Positions 27,340 to 41,627 of a DNA stretch of 64,000 nucleotides are shown one piece after another. Numbering within the stretch: position 1 is the stretch's first letter; the number at the start of each line of letters is the position of its first letter. Origin of the DNA: Eledone cirrhosa (taxonomy: Eukaryota); NCBI GenBank assembly GCA_964016885.1, contig OZ024760.1, positions 12,958,001 to 13,022,000 on the forward strand. The letters are read 5' to 3'. Below the pieces are notes generated by a model. That model saw only the letters and a list, made by a program, of their open reading frames with translations, was not told where the DNA came from and made no database searches. The translations under genes were made by a program, and so were the position numbers.

Positions 27340-27640
27340 CAATTCCACTGTCTCTTGCTTTGGTATCCTGCTATCGAAGTCTTCTGGTAGAGATCTCCCA
27401 CAACTAATAGTCTGAAACCATCATATCTTTCACGTGGAAAAGTAGTGATCTGCAAACCTTGTACGACATTAATCAGTTGAGCACTTCCTTTGGGGATATT
27501 CCCGTATATCTGATTAAACGTGGTATGGAATATTTGGGGCTTTTCTTGGAAGGGTAGAGTAAAATCATCTAATGGGTCTGTAGGCAGGAGTGTAAGGTCC
27601 AAGTTTCAGAACTATAGATAAGGCTCTACTGTTGTTCTAA
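27340..27640 (-). mobile_element. degenerate LINE RT C-terminal fragment
   Basis: Broken-frame RTRFADHYF resembles the RRLRFAGH motif of RTE-type LINEs. Confidence 0.35.
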
Positions 27641-27654
27641 ACAGGCTGTGGGCA

Positions 27655-27825
27655 GGGTAAAGTCAATTATATCAACCCCAGTATGTGACTGGTACTTATT
27701 TTATCGACCTCAAAATGATGAAAAGCGATGTTGAAATCGGCGGGATTTGAAGTGAGAGCTCAGAATAGGAAGAAACCTCAAATTATTCTATCCAATGTCG
27801 TAACGACTCTGCCAATTCACCACCG
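27655..27825 (-). mobile_element. tRNA-derived SINE
   Basis: Reverse complement of the same core. Confidence 0.65.
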
Positions 27826-28199
27826 AAGATGATATTCATTCATTCAGCCCCATCGCTCTTTGCGGAGCATAGGCCATTCACGAACCTCCGCCATCATACA
27901 CAAGGCAGAGTATAATAATTCCGTGATGTAAGGGAGATAACTGTAAATAACTGTGTTTTGGTTTACTTTCTACGGGAGATAACTCTACGGCTTGTGTATT
28001 TAAAAAGAAAACAAAAGTCTCTTTGTTAAGTGTATCTACATATGGTATGGTCCTGTAAGTCCCGATAGAGTCGTAGGGGGCGCCGTATTGACATACGGCG
28101 GCGTTTCTTGGGCATTTTCTAAAGGCTGTCGGAGCCCATTCCTCTCCAGGTCTGAGTACAGTAGATTTCTTTCAGATAAAGATAGAGAGAGAGAGAGAG

Positions 28200-28278
<79 letters not shown>

Positions 28279-28337
28279 GAGAGAGAAAATGTGAAAGTGA
28301 TATAGAGGAGGAATCCACCCCAGTACGAGACTGGTAC

Positions 28338-28752
28338 TATATATGTGTGTGTGTTGAGAAATAACAGCTCTGCCTATATATGTGTGTGTGTTGGGAAATA
28401 ACAGTTCTGCCTATATATGTGTATGTGTTGGGAAATAACAGCTCTGCCTATATATGTGTGTGTGTTGGGAAATAACAGCTCTGCCTATATATGTGTGTGT
28501 GTTGGGAAATAACAGCTCTGCCTATATAAGTGTGTGTGTTGGGAAATAACAGCTCTGCCTATATAAGTGTGTGTGTTGGGAAATAACAGCTCTGCCTATA
28601 TATGTGTGTGTGTTGGGAAATAACAGCTCTGCCTATATATGTGTGTGTGTTGGGAAATAACAGCTCTGCCTATATAAGTGTGTGTTGGGAAATAACAGCT
28701 CTGCCTATATAAGTGTGTGTGTTGGGAAATAACAGCTCTGCCTATATATGTG
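28338..28752. repeat. 37-bp minisatellite, ~11 units
   Basis: Unit tatatatgtgtgtgtgttgggaaataacagctctgcc. Confidence 0.95.
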
Positions 28753-28831
28753 TGTGTGTGTGTGTGTTGTTTTTAGTTACGATGGAGAATTTTATAAAAT
28801 AACAAAATAAGATGCTGAGGTTACATATATC

Positions 28832-29085
28832 CGGTAGAGAGTCGGACGTCTTGCTTTGTCGCATAGAGTTACGGCCCTTGCCATTCTGAGTTCAAATCCC
28901 GCCATCGGTAGAGAGTCGGACGTCATGCTTTGACACATAGAGTTACGGCCCTTGCCATTCTGAGTTCAAATCCCGCCGAGGTCAACTTTGCCTTTCATCC
29001 TTACGGGGTCGATAAAATAAAGTACCAGTAATGCACTGGGGTGATTGTTGCACTTGGGCCAAGAGTAGAAACAATTATAATTATT
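28832..29085 (+). mobile_element. tRNA-derived SINE with tandemly duplicated head
   Basis: cggtagagagtcggacgtc...ctgagttcaaatcccgcc occurs twice, then the core. Confidence 0.75.
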
Positions 29086-29378
29086 TCCACCGTTCTCCAT
29101 GCAATCGAGATGTCCTCCATACATTTGCTATTGGTTATGAGGACGGAATCCTCAGATGAAGATCGATATGTTTGATATGTCGCTGGCAGGAAAAACACGC
29201 CCTAATGCCTGTGTGCCCAGCATACATATATATATACACACTTATATATATACATATATTTATATACATATATATATTTATGTATGTGTATATATACACA
29301 TATATATCATATATATATATACACATACATATATATATATATACATACATATATATATATATATACTTAGATATACAT

Positions 29379-29490
<112 letters not shown>

Positions 29491-29964
29491 AAGTATATGT
29501 ATATGTATATATATATATGTGTGTGTGTGTATATATATGTATATATATATATTATATATATATATATATATATGTGTGTGTATATATATATATGTGTGTG
29601 TGTATATATATATGTGTATGTATATATATATAAGTGTATGTACATATATATAAGTACACACACACACACACACACACACATTTGAAAGGTCTTCACATTT
29701 TTGAGCAGTCGGCAAAAAGTAATCTAACTCACATACACACATACATACATAAAACATACATACATACATACATACACACATATAATACACACATACATAC
29801 ACTGACACACACACACAAACAAACAAACACACACATACACACTGTCACAAACACACACACACCCAAACAGTTTGCTACCTTCCCCCTAATTTCCACAAAT
29901 ACCCCCCCCCCCCCACCTTATTGATAGGAAAATAACTTAACAGACCTTTTGGTTATCATTTCAA

Positions 29965-30503
29965 CACACCACCACCACCGCCACACCACCACCACTACCA
30001 CCACCACCACCACTACCACCACCATAACCACCACCACATCACTACCACCACCACCACCACCACCACCATCACTACAACCACCACCATCACTACAACCACC
30101 ACCACCACCACCACCACCATCACTACCACCAACACTACCACCACCACACCACCAGCACTACCACCACACTACCAACACTACCACCACCATCACCACAACC
30201 ACCACCACATCACTATCACCACCACACCACCACCACCATCACTACCACCACCACCATCACTACAACCACCACACCACCACAACCACCATCACTGCCACCA
30301 CCACCACACCACCAACACTACCACCACCACACCACCAACACTACCACCAACACTACCACCACCACCACCACACCACCAACACTACCAACACTACCACCAC
30401 CATAACCACATCACTACCACCACCACCGCCATCACTACAACCACCGCCATCACTACAACCACCACACCACCACCACCATCACTACAATCACCACCACACC
30501 ACC
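29965..30503. repeat. (CAC/TAC)n trinucleotide tract
   Basis: Direct inspection. Confidence 0.95.
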
Positions 30504-30689
30504 AAAAACAACAAAAGCCGCCGCCACCACCCAATTAGTCAATATCTACCCAACTGACCTTTTAAATTATCTGCTGTTACTGTGAATGTTGGTGTTATTT
30601 AACTAAAATATCATCACCACCAGCAGCAGTAGTAGCAGCAGCAGCAGGTACAGGTAATCAAAGGATGTATACATTTTGTGGGGAACACC

Positions 30690-30732
<43 letters not shown>

Positions 30733-30810
30733 TATTAGTAAAAGTAAAAGAAAATACTGACAAATTTTTCCCAGTGAAAAATTTGTCAGCATTTTCTTTT
30801 CCTTTTACTA

Positions 30811-30861
<51 letters not shown>

Positions 30862-31256
30862 TTTAGTACAGCATTGTCGAAGCTTTAGAATACGGCCAAG
30901 CTAGCGTATAATCGGTCTGTAGCTTGAGCACTCAGATGAGGAAAGACCCCAGAGTAATAACATTACGTTCACACAGCTTAGCAAATCAGATATAGCGGTC
31001 GGCAGTCCAGCCGCATCACTAGAGCAACGAAAATACAGGACCCAGGAAAAGATTTTATACTGACCCGGATATAGCGGTGAGTCTGAGTGCAAAATATATA
31101 ACTTACATATATAGCATCCAACATCAGCGCTAAGTTTCTGCAAATCCAAGATCGACAAATTCCTATTGCAGGAGTCTGCAATATAATGGTTTTTGACGAC
31201 AGAACATAGGATTTACTTCTTCAGCAAGTCTTTCGTTCTTATATATATATATATAT

Positions 31257-31443
31257 ATAGGAACAAGTAAGACCCCGACGGCTGAGCTCAAGCCGTTTCG
31301 ACGGCTAATTCGAATTAGCCGTCGAAACGGCTTGAGCTCAGCCGTCGGGGTCTTACTTGTTCCTATTACCCACTCTACTACCCTAAGTATTGAGTACTTT
31401 GGTGCGTTATGGTCCACCTGGTTCCTTACCACATTTCCTTCGT
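31257..31443 (+). mobile_element. family-A fold-back element
   Basis: Perfect palindrome 31257-31366 centred on aattcgaatt; tail to 31443; (TA)n on both sides. Confidence 0.8.
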
Positions 31444-31625
<182 letters not shown>

Positions 31626-31795
31626 TAAAATAATATGTATATACACATAGATTTTTTTTATATATTACTATATATTATTTTTTTTACCCTTCTTTTATAT
31701 ATTTTTTCTTATGTATATTTACCGTTATTTTTCAAGCCTCACTTCCAATTTTTAACAGATTTTAAATCTCATTTCATATTTTCTATCCATAACAC

Positions 31796-31863
31796 CTCTG
31801 TCTGATGACCGCTCCAGACGTATATTAATATTGTTTGGGATCCAGAAACCTTTGGTAATGGAG
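31796..31863 (+). ncRNA. hammerhead motif (family H)
   Basis: ctctgt-CTGATGA-ccgctccagacg...tgtttgggatcca-GAAAC-ctttg-GTA-atggag. Preceded by a T-rich UTR-like tract. Confidence 0.6.
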
Positions 31864-31937
31864 TAGTTATATTTTGTGCTGTTCACTTTCTAATATGTGT
31901 GTGTATATACACATATGTGTATGTATGCATACTTGCA

Positions 31938-31979
<42 letters not shown>

Positions 31980-32334
31980 TGAAAGTCTAAATTGGAAAAT
32001 AAACTTCATCTTTCAGCTGTTGTTATTGTTGTTGTTGCTATTACTGTTGTTACTATTGTTGTTATTACTGTTGCTGCTATTGTTCTTATTGTTCTTATAT
32101 AGTTTGAAGTTGTTGCCTGACCTTTGCTGACATTTCTCAGCTGATACGAGACAATAACGAAAATACCACATTAAACTTATTACTTTAAATCGCATGTTCA
32201 GCTATTTTAAAGACAATGCAGCAAAATTTGAAGGATAATTTGACTGCTATTTCTTGCAGGTCTCAGCATCCGTCTCAACAAGATTCCCGAACAGAATACA
32301 CCCTCCATCCACCCACTCATTAATCTTCTTGCAG

Positions 32335-33060
32335 ACTTCTGGTGTCCTTGGCCCTAGGACCACCTCCCTACTCACCACTATTGGCACAGAGTTGGCTACC
32401 TGTAGCAGTGGAGACCTCTGGTGTCCTTGGCCCTAGGACCACCTCCCTACTCACCACTATTGGCACAGAGTTGGCTACCTGTAGCAGTGGAGACCTCTGG
32501 TGTCCTTGGCCCTAGGACCACCTCCCTACTCACCACCATCGGTACAGAGTTGGCTACCTGTAGCAGTGGAGACCTCTGGTGTCCTTGGCCCTAGGACCAC
32601 CTCCCTACTCACCACTATTGGCACAGAGTTGGCTACCTGTAGCAGTGGAGACCTCTGGTGTCCTTGGCCCTAGGACCACCTCCCTACTCACCACCATCGG
32701 TACAGAGTTGGCTACCTGTAGCAGTGGATACCTCTGGTGTCCTTGGCCCTAGGACTACCTCCCTACTCACCACCATCGGTACAGAGTTGGCTACCCATAG
32801 GTGTGAGCCTCTCCAGCTGGAATGGCTCTTCCACCGCATCTCTCTCATCATCCTCCGGAGAAACACCTTCTCTATTATGTCCGCCGGGGCTGCCAGCGCG
32901 TGGGCCCCCATTTGTTTATAATAGTGAGATGGGGAGAGGGCGAAGGACCCCAGAATGCGGTGGTGGTGAGTAGGGAGGTAGTCCTAGGACCAAGGACACC
33001 AGGAGCCGATGGTTGTGACTAGGGAGGTAGTCCTAGGGCCAAGGACACCAGAAGTCTCCA
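32335..33060 (+). mobile_element. CRE-like (RLE-domain) non-LTR retrotransposon 3' end with internal 79-bp tandem array and inverted fragments
   Basis: PVAVDTSGVLGPRTTSLLTTIGTELATHRCEPLQLEWLFHRISLIILRRNTFSI fits the P.a.ET.G..G / QRiS..i.RGN RLE C-terminus. A second copy lies at 50178-50520. Confidence 0.65.
32339..32795. repeat. 79-bp tandem repeat, ~6 units
   Basis: Units start at 32339, 32418, 32497 and so on. Confidence 0.95.
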
Positions 33061-33260
33061 ATGCTAAACTGCAAACAAAAACTAAACAGTGAGTGTGTTT
33101 TACTATATTGTTCTGGCAATATTACAACATGACCCTCTCCAAATATAACAATATGTTTCAACACCCGATTTAATACTTCCACCGAGGTTAGACTTGTTTG
33201 CCTTCGCTCACCATATCTTGCTGTCAATAAGGTCTCGGACTTATGTTCAACCACCGGTTT

Positions 33261-33300
<40 letters not shown>

Positions 33301-33567
33301 ACTTACATACACGTGATTCTCCTCCTTTATCAATATGTTTTCTGAGTTTTTTTTCTTCTCTTTTTCCCCCTTCTGTTTAATTTATTTCTCTCTCCTTTTT
33401 TCCTTCCACAATAAGTTACAAAAGTTATTGACGCACTGGAGATAGACATATTATCTTTAATGTGTTGTAATGTCTGAGACCCCCAGCAGACAATTGAAGA
33501 GCGGACCTGGCCCTTGTTTTTGGCTTCCTTCTATTTCTCTCTCTCTATCTCTCTCTCTATATATATA

Positions 33568-33609
<42 letters not shown>

Positions 33610-33661
33610 TATTTACTTTATCCAGTAACCACACAGCCTTCTGTTTCTTCTAGAATTTTTA

Positions 33662-33707
<46 letters not shown>

Positions 33708-34114
33708 AAAATTCTAGAAAAAACAGGAGGCTGTGTGGTTACTGGATAAAGTAAATACACTAAATATATATATGTGTGTGTGTATCCCAGGATAACGACG
33801 GAAACCAGTAAATGAAAGAGAGAGAGTGATTGAATGAGAGTGAGTGAGTGAGTGAGTGAGTGAGTGAGAGAGAGTGCTGTTCAGTGTAAATGGTGGTGGT
33901 CTGAGTCGGTAATAGTTATACAGTGACTATCGTAAGTTGGGATAGATTTGTTGTAAGAAGAGGCATGGATATTCCACTCATACGAACATACATCCCAACT
34001 CAAGATAGATAACTCTCTCACTCTGCCTTTCTTTCTCTTTCCCTCTCTCTCTCTGCCTCTCGCTCTCTCTGTTTTTTCCCTATATGTTACTTCCTCTCTC
34101 TCTATTATTATTAT

Positions 34115-34145
<31 letters not shown>

Positions 34146-34146
34146 G

Positions 34147-37100
34147 TAGATAAATCTACCAAAATATACGGTAGTGTCCAATCCGTATGAAGAACTCAAT
34201 GTAATCCAAATATCATGAAGAGAGAAGATGCATTCAAAAATGTTTCTCTAATCCTTCTATAAGACTTATATGCCCTTCCAAATCTGATATTGGCATCATT
34301 AGTAAACATTTTTTTAGATAGAATCATCCCACAATTAAGAAAACACGTTAATTTACCACTCTGGGAAAACACATCCCAAGTAATTAACTGATTTACTAAT
34401 ATTAGAAATAAATTATCTGCTTCATTTCTACAATTTGATATAGATGCTTATTATTCCTCTATATCACCCATACTCCTGAACAAAGCCTTGATATTTGCCA
34501 AAAATAAATCAAACTTAACTATGGATGACATTAATATTATCACGCACGCTAGACAAACACTACTGGAATTTCAGAAGGAATACTGTACCAGAAATACATA
34601 TAGTAATCTCTTCGACATTACTATGGGCTCTAGTGATTCTGCCCAAATTACCGATCTTGTGGGCCTCTTTCTTCTATTTAACACAAATTCTTCTTTTCCC
34701 CCACCTTAAAGGTGGTTTATATCGTGATGACTCTTCTTCTTTCCACTAATCTTAGCCTATCAGAAATTGAAAAAAATAAAAAACTTAGAACTTCAAAGAC
34801 TATTACAATCTCACTATTACATTTGAAAACACCAGTAAAATAGTTAATTTCCTAGATATAACTTTAGACTTATCTATGGGTATCTACCAACCTTACCATA
34901 AACCTAACCAAAACTTACATTACATACACTCACAATCCAATCACCCTAGATCTATCCTTAAAAACCTAGCATATAATATCTCACTCAGAATTTCTAACCT
35001 TTCATCTAACCAGGATGTATTCGATAAAAATCCACCCTTTTATAACAAAGCTTTAGCTAAAAGCGGCCACAAAAACAAATTAGTCTTCAAACATACAAAT
35101 GTTTGAAGTATTATTGGTGCAAGGTATATAGACTAATTTGTTTTTGTGGCCGCTTTTAGCTAAAGCTTTGTTATAAAAGGGTGGATTTTTATCGAATACA
35201 TCCTGGTTAGATGAAAGGTTAGAAATTCTGAGTGAGATATTATATGCTAGGTTTTTAAGGATAGATCTAGGGTGATTGGATTGTGAGTGTATGTAATGTA
35301 AGTTTACCAACAATATTACCAACAAACGCCAAATGAAAAACCCGCACCTAAATGCCACTGCCACTACACCCAAAAATACCAACCTAAAACTTAATTTCTC
35401 TACCTCTTCTCACATAAAATATAATAACTTTCAAAAAAACATTCATCCTAATACTCCAATATACGTTAACAACATTACTAACAAAATTCTTAATAATCAG
35501 ACTAAAACACCTAAATCAGTTAATCTAACTAAACCTATATATAATAAATTCACTAATAATAACTCTCTTAGTAAACATCCTGATACATCGTATAAATATA
35601 AAAAAACAATATCGAAACCGTAATAGACGGGTTACTTGGTATAATGCTCCATTTAATCTACAAATTAAAGATAATATCCCTAAAAATGTTTTTACTATCC
35701 TAGAGAAAAACTTCCCGCCAAACCATAAATACCATCAAATTTTAAATAGATCAACTGTCAAATTTTCCTACTCCACTACCAAAAATATGCAACAAAATAT
35801 AAGTGCGTACAACGTATATAAATGTAAAAAACCCACGAATATACCACCAACACATCAAACCAACCATAATACTAAAATAAACCGCAACAAACCACCATCT
35901 CCTTCACATATAACAAGTCGAGTAAATTCCACACCAAATTTGACTAACTCCCCTGATATAATATTCACGAATGGTTGTAACTGTAGAAGCAAAAGAAATT
36001 GCCCATTAAAGGGAAATTGTCTTATTAATAACATAGTCTATAAATGTAAAATTAGCACTAAGGACTCCACTTATTCATATATAGGAGCTGCGTCTAACCA
36101 ATTTAAAGTAAGATTTAATACCCACAAACATAGTTTTAAAAATGCCGCATTAGCTAATACAACATCCTTGGCGGAAACAATTAATAACTATAGAAAAAAG
36201 AATATCGATTACAACCTGACCTGGAGTTTGCTCAAAAGGGCCACCCTTATTAAAATAACAAATATGAGTGTAGATTATGCTCCCAGGAACTTTTTGAAAT
36301 AATGAAATCTAAGGATATCCTATTAAATAAGCGACAAGAATTAATTATATCTTGCAATCATAGAATTAGAAGAACCTTCAAATATTATAAACCTAATTAA
36401 TATACACCTTACACTTATATTTTACATATTATTATAATTAGTTTTTTTAAATTTAGTTAACCTATAATTAGTACTTTACTACAGAGAACTTCATAATTTT
36501 ATTTCCCTCTTACAGCTCTCTTTTCCTAAAATTAATACCTAAAAGTATACATATAAATTAATTTAATTTCCTGTTATGAATCTAGATTCCTTGTAGTTTA
36601 TATAAGATTGGTATTTCTCACTACTACCCTTATCCCAAAAGTTTATTTTCCTTCGTTTTTAATAACATTCTTTAATAACATCTAATTCTTATTTATCACA
36701 TCCATATGAATTAATATAAATTTATCCCTATAAGTATACCTATCAATTAATTTAATTTCTTGTTATAGATCTAGATTCCTTGTGGTTTAAATAAGATTGG
36801 TATTTCTCACTAATATCCTTACCCTAAAATTTTACTTTCCTTCGTTTTTAACATTATTCTTTAATAATATCAAATTTTCGTGTACCCTTCACCGGCTTGA
36901 CCTCTTTTCATCCACAAAGTATTCTTTTTATTCAAAGTATTCTTTCCATTCAAAACATAAGTCTGCACTCCTCTATCCCTAAATTAAATTTCTACTACTA
37001 CCATTCTATCAACTTGACTTCTTACTACTTTTCTATTGGTCAATTCAAAACCTGTTCCCAAACAGACCTATTATATTAAATCTTTGTTGGATTTTTTCAA

Positions 37101-37230
37101 TAAAGATATCTCATCATTTCTGAAGACAACATATATATGTGAAGGTATGTATATTTCCTCTGATAGTTTGTAATATTTTTACATGGATCTATATTATATA
37201 CATACAACACACATATATATCCTAGAGTAA
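34147..37230 (+). mobile_element. Penelope-like retroelement (Neptune-type), 5'-truncated and degenerate; RT + Cys motif + GIY-YIG endonuclease, 3' UTR with HHR-like motif, inverted terminal fragment at the 5' end
   Basis: Broken frames read RLICPSKSDIGIISKHFLD, FLQFDIDAYYSSI, FDITMGSSDSAQITDLVGLF, GGLYRDD, YIHSQSNHP, RRVTWYNAPFN, CNCRSKRNCPLKGNCLINNIVYKC...YIG...FKVRFNTHKHSF and LLNKRQELIISCNH (ORF ends ~36400), with stops and frameshifts. Flanked by (TA)n on both sides. Confidence 0.9.
34240..36400 (+). pseudogene. disrupted RT/GIY-YIG ORF of the Penelope-like element
   Basis: Has RT motifs and an IVY...YIG endonuclease. Disrupted by an in-frame TGA near 34389, frameshifts and an internal inverted duplication (34911-35305). 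Confidence 0.85.
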
Positions 37231-37231
37231 T

Positions 37232-37282
<51 letters not shown>

Positions 37283-37287
<5 letters not shown>

Positions 37288-37565
37288 TACTTGGGGAGGG
37301 TCATATTTGTGTAATAATATTGTTAGAATTAATAACAGAACACACTCACTGTTTGGTTGGTTTCGCTTCTGTGTCTTTTATATCGGTTAATTTAATTTAT
37401 TCCGTCCTCAATGTTACTATTGACTGACCAACAGTCAAAAATACAGATACAATATAGACACAAACACATATATATAGTCTAACAAAGTTCTTTCGTTGCA
37501 CATCTGCAACATCGTCAGTGGTGCTATTATGTTTCCTCCTGTTGTATTGTATGCCTACGCCATCT
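37283..37565 (-). mobile_element. family-K short HHR-bearing element (related to J)
   Basis: Same atggcgtag start and tgaccctcccc..tataac end as family J. Copies at 55005-55295, with partial copies at 40062-40265 and 33063-33150. Confidence 0.7.
37483..37521 (-). ncRNA. hammerhead motif (family K)
   Basis: Reverse complement: cca-CTGACGA-t-gttgca-gatg-tgcaac-GAAA-gaactt-tg. A second copy with TTGATGA lies at 55205-55243. Confidence 0.55.
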
Positions 37566-37577
37566 TATATATATATG

Positions 37578-37623
<46 letters not shown>

Positions 37624-37633
37624 CATATATATG

Positions 37634-37667
<34 letters not shown>

Positions 37668-37701
37668 CATATATATGTATATATATATATACATATATAT
37701 G

Positions 37702-37747
<46 letters not shown>

Positions 37748-37814
37748 TATGTATATATATACATATATATATATATATATACATATATATGTATATATAT
37801 ACATATATATATAC

Positions 37815-37858
<44 letters not shown>

Positions 37859-37911
37859 ATATATATATATACATATATATATACATATGTATATATATAC
37901 ATATATATATA

Positions 37912-37952
37912 CATTGCTGACGATAACTAATAAGCTTGAAACTAGTACAGCG
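37912..37952 (+). ncRNA. hammerhead motif (family I)
   Basis: cattg-CTGACGA-taactaataagctt-GAAAC-ta-GTA-cagcg. Stem III is the palindrome ACTAGT; stems I and II are weak. Confidence 0.5.
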
Positions 37953-37985
37953 TTCCTTCGTCAGTGTTGAACAAACGAGCAATTT

Positions 37986-38245
37986 GTTTCTCAAGAGAAA
38001 CAAAATGGCGTAGGACAGAACAAAGGAGAGGCACAAAAACAAAGAAAAGAATCCCCAGTCACTGAAGAGGTCAGAGAATGTGTGACGAAAGAACTTTGAC
38101 AATATATAAACAACTATCTGGTTGTGGAACCAACCAACCAACCAGAAATTTATAAATTCCTAAATTTATAAATTTATTATAATAAATTGAAGTGAAACAA
38201 CTGGTGCGTGTGTTTCTTATTGGCAACATGACCCTCCCAAAGTGT

Positions 38246-38250
<5 letters not shown>
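37986..38250 (+). mobile_element. family-J short HHR-bearing element
   Basis: aaaatggcgtagg ... HHR ... catgaccctcccaaagtgtaac(TA)n. Near-identical to 57365-57612. Confidence 0.75.
38058..38100 (+). ncRNA. hammerhead motif (family J)
   Basis: gtca-CTGAAGA-g-gtca-gagaatgtg-tgac-GAAA-gaactt-tgac. Confidence 0.58.
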
Positions 38251-38331
<81 letters not shown>

Positions 38332-38789
38332 GTATATATGTATATATATATATATATGTATGTATATATATATAACAAAGGAAATGCGGTAAGGAACCAG
38401 ATGGACCATAACGCACCAGAGTACTCAATACTTAGGGTAGTAGAGTGGGAAATAGGAAAAAGTAAGACCCCGACGGCAGAGCTCAAGCCGTTTCGACGAT
38501 ATGTATATACATACGTATATATTTATATATATATGGAGAGAGAGAGAGGCTGGAAGGTATTTACGATGCGGTTTGTATTTCTCCAGCCTCCTTCTTCACC
38601 TCCATTTTTTGGTAGTTTCTCTTCTGCTGCATCCTACCCCACTCCTCCTCTCTCTCCACTCTCTGTCTATCTTTCTCTTTCCTCTCTCTGTACCTCTCGT
38701 TCTCTCTGCTTTTTTTCCCTCTATGTTACTTCCTCTCTCTCTCTCTCTCTCTCGGTTTCCAGTCTCTTTCCTCCCATACTCATTCCTGG

Positions 38790-39690
38790 ACACACACACA
38801 TATACACACGCAGCACACATACAAACACACACACATATACACGCAGCACACATACAAACACACACACATATACACGCAGCACCCATACAAACACACACAC
38901 ATATACACGCAGCACCCATACAAACACACACACACACGCAGCACACATACAAACACACACACAATACACACGCAGCACCCATACAAACACACACACAATA
39001 CACACGCAGCACCCATACAAACACACACACATATACACACGCAGCACACATACAAACACACACACATATACACACGCAGCACACATACAAACACACACAC
39101 ATATACACGCAGCACCCATACAAACACACACACATGCAGCACCCATACAAACACACACACATATACACACGCAGCACACATACAAACACACACACACACA
39201 TACACACGCAGCACCCATACAAACACACACACATACACACGCAGCACCCATACAAACACACACACACATACACACGCAGCACCCATACAAACACACACAC
39301 ATATACACACGCAGCACCCATACAAACACACACACACACATACACACGCAGCACCCATACAAACACACACACATACACACGCAGCACCCATACAAACACA
39401 CACACATATACACGCAGCACCCATACAAACACACACACACATATACACGCAGCACCCATACAAACACACACACACATATACACGCAGCACCCATACAAAC
39501 ACACACACATACACACGCAGCACCCATACAAACACACACACACATACACACGCAGCACACATACAAACACACACACATACACACGCAGCACACATACAAA
39601 CACACACACACATACACACGCAGCACCCATACAAACACACACACATACACACGCAGCACCCATACAAACACACACACACACAAACACACA
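38790..39690. repeat. ~30-bp CA-rich minisatellite
   Basis: Unit cacacatacacacgcagcacccatacaaa with variable (CA)n. Confidence 0.93.
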
Positions 39691-39817
39691 TCTCTCTCTT
39701 CTTACTCCTCCACTATTCCTCTTGTTATTGTATTGGTAAAACTGTTGATGTTGTTGTTGAACACAACACTTGCAAGTCAGCCCAACCAGATTAATGATTC
39801 AAGACGTTCTAACCGTG

Positions 39818-39882
<65 letters not shown>

Positions 39883-40776
39883 GGATCTAACTGTCGAAAC
39901 GGCCGGAGCTCAGCCGTCGGGGTCCTGACTCTTGTCCTATATATATATATAAAGTGTATAATAAAAGGAAAAGTCTTCATTACGTTTATTGATTGGTGAC
40001 GCGAAATTCGCTATTGATCAGCTCAAGGTTCGATCTGGATATATATATATATATATATATGGTTATACTTGGGGAGGGTCATATTGTTGTAATATTGTTG
40101 TAATATTGTTGTAATATTGCCAGAAATAATAACAGAACACACTCACTGTTTGGTTGGTTTTCGCTTCTGTATCTTTTATATCTTCATAGTTAATTTATTT
40201 GGCAATCAACGTTTATCATTGACTGAGCAGCGGTTAAAAATACAGATATAAATATATATATAGTCTATATAGAATACATATATACATATATATATATATA
40301 GAATACATATATACATATATATTCTGAGGTGATATAGTAGATAGATACATTTAATACGAGTGTTCTGTGGAACTGGAAAAAAAAAACAGCATGCAGAGCA
40401 TCACCCATTGGTTCATCTTTGAGGGGTAACCCCCTCCACATACTATATACACTTACAGATACACACTCACACACCTCCTGCAAAAACATTCGTATTTACG
40501 TAAACATATATACACGCTTACCGCTTACGACTAACGGTGTGCGCATGTAAACGGTCGGAACCAACGGTCGTGTATATACATATATACATACATACATACA
40601 CACACACTATATATATATATATATATATATATACATACATACACACACACTATATATATATATATATACGGCATGTATGTATGTATAGATATTTGACAGT
40701 AAATTGCATTTAACGTCTTGTATAGATGGATATACAAATAGATCCATATATAATTTAACATATATACACACACATA

Positions 40777-40936
<160 letters not shown>

Positions 40937-41071
40937 AAGCAAAGAAAATTTCAATGATACGAAAGATTTCCTAGTGGAAGTAGTTCAGGTGTACTCCGGG
41001 TTGGTATCCAGTTTCGGGGTGAAAATCCAATTAGAAAATCCAACGAATTTTATACACACACACACACACAC

Positions 41072-41119
<48 letters not shown>

Positions 41120-41144
41120 ATATATATATATATATATATATATA

Positions 41145-41313
41145 GCGTATTTCCCGGCGCCGAAGAAGCTTCGTCCTCGAGGATGCACCCTAATTTTGAA
41201 AACGAAAAATGTGAAAAAAAAATAATAAACAACCTTCGGCCCCCAGGACACACTGTAGATTTCTGAGACTTTTTAAAGGAAAAAAATAGTCTCTTCAACG
41301 CCGGGAAATATAT
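41145..41313. mobile_element. Tc2/pogo-like MITE
   Basis: TIRs gtatttcccggcgccgaaga / tcttcaacgccgggaaatat, with TA flanks. Confidence 0.65.
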
Positions 41314-41437
41314 ACACACATAAATGCCGATGAGTGATTCTATATATATATGTTTACATATGTGGATGTATATATCTACTTTATATACTTTTGTTTACGG
41401 ATGAACATAATTCTGTCGAAATGATCGAGGTAAGTGC

Positions 41438-41470
<33 letters not shown>

Positions 41471-41627
41471 GTATATATATATGTATATATGTTTTATTCA
41501 ATATATTCTTCATTGTTGCCATGGTAGTTACAGTGTTGTCTTCACCATTATAAGGTCGTAGGTTCCATTCCAGGCGCAGACTCCGCGTTGGGGTCTGGAG
41601 CCAGGTGCTACATTTTACATTGGTTTT

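Noticed and set aside
28338-28752. CRISPR-like regular repeats (also 2750-2970, 32339-32795, 43517-44017)
   Set aside because: No unique spacers and no cas genes; eukaryotic tandem repeats.
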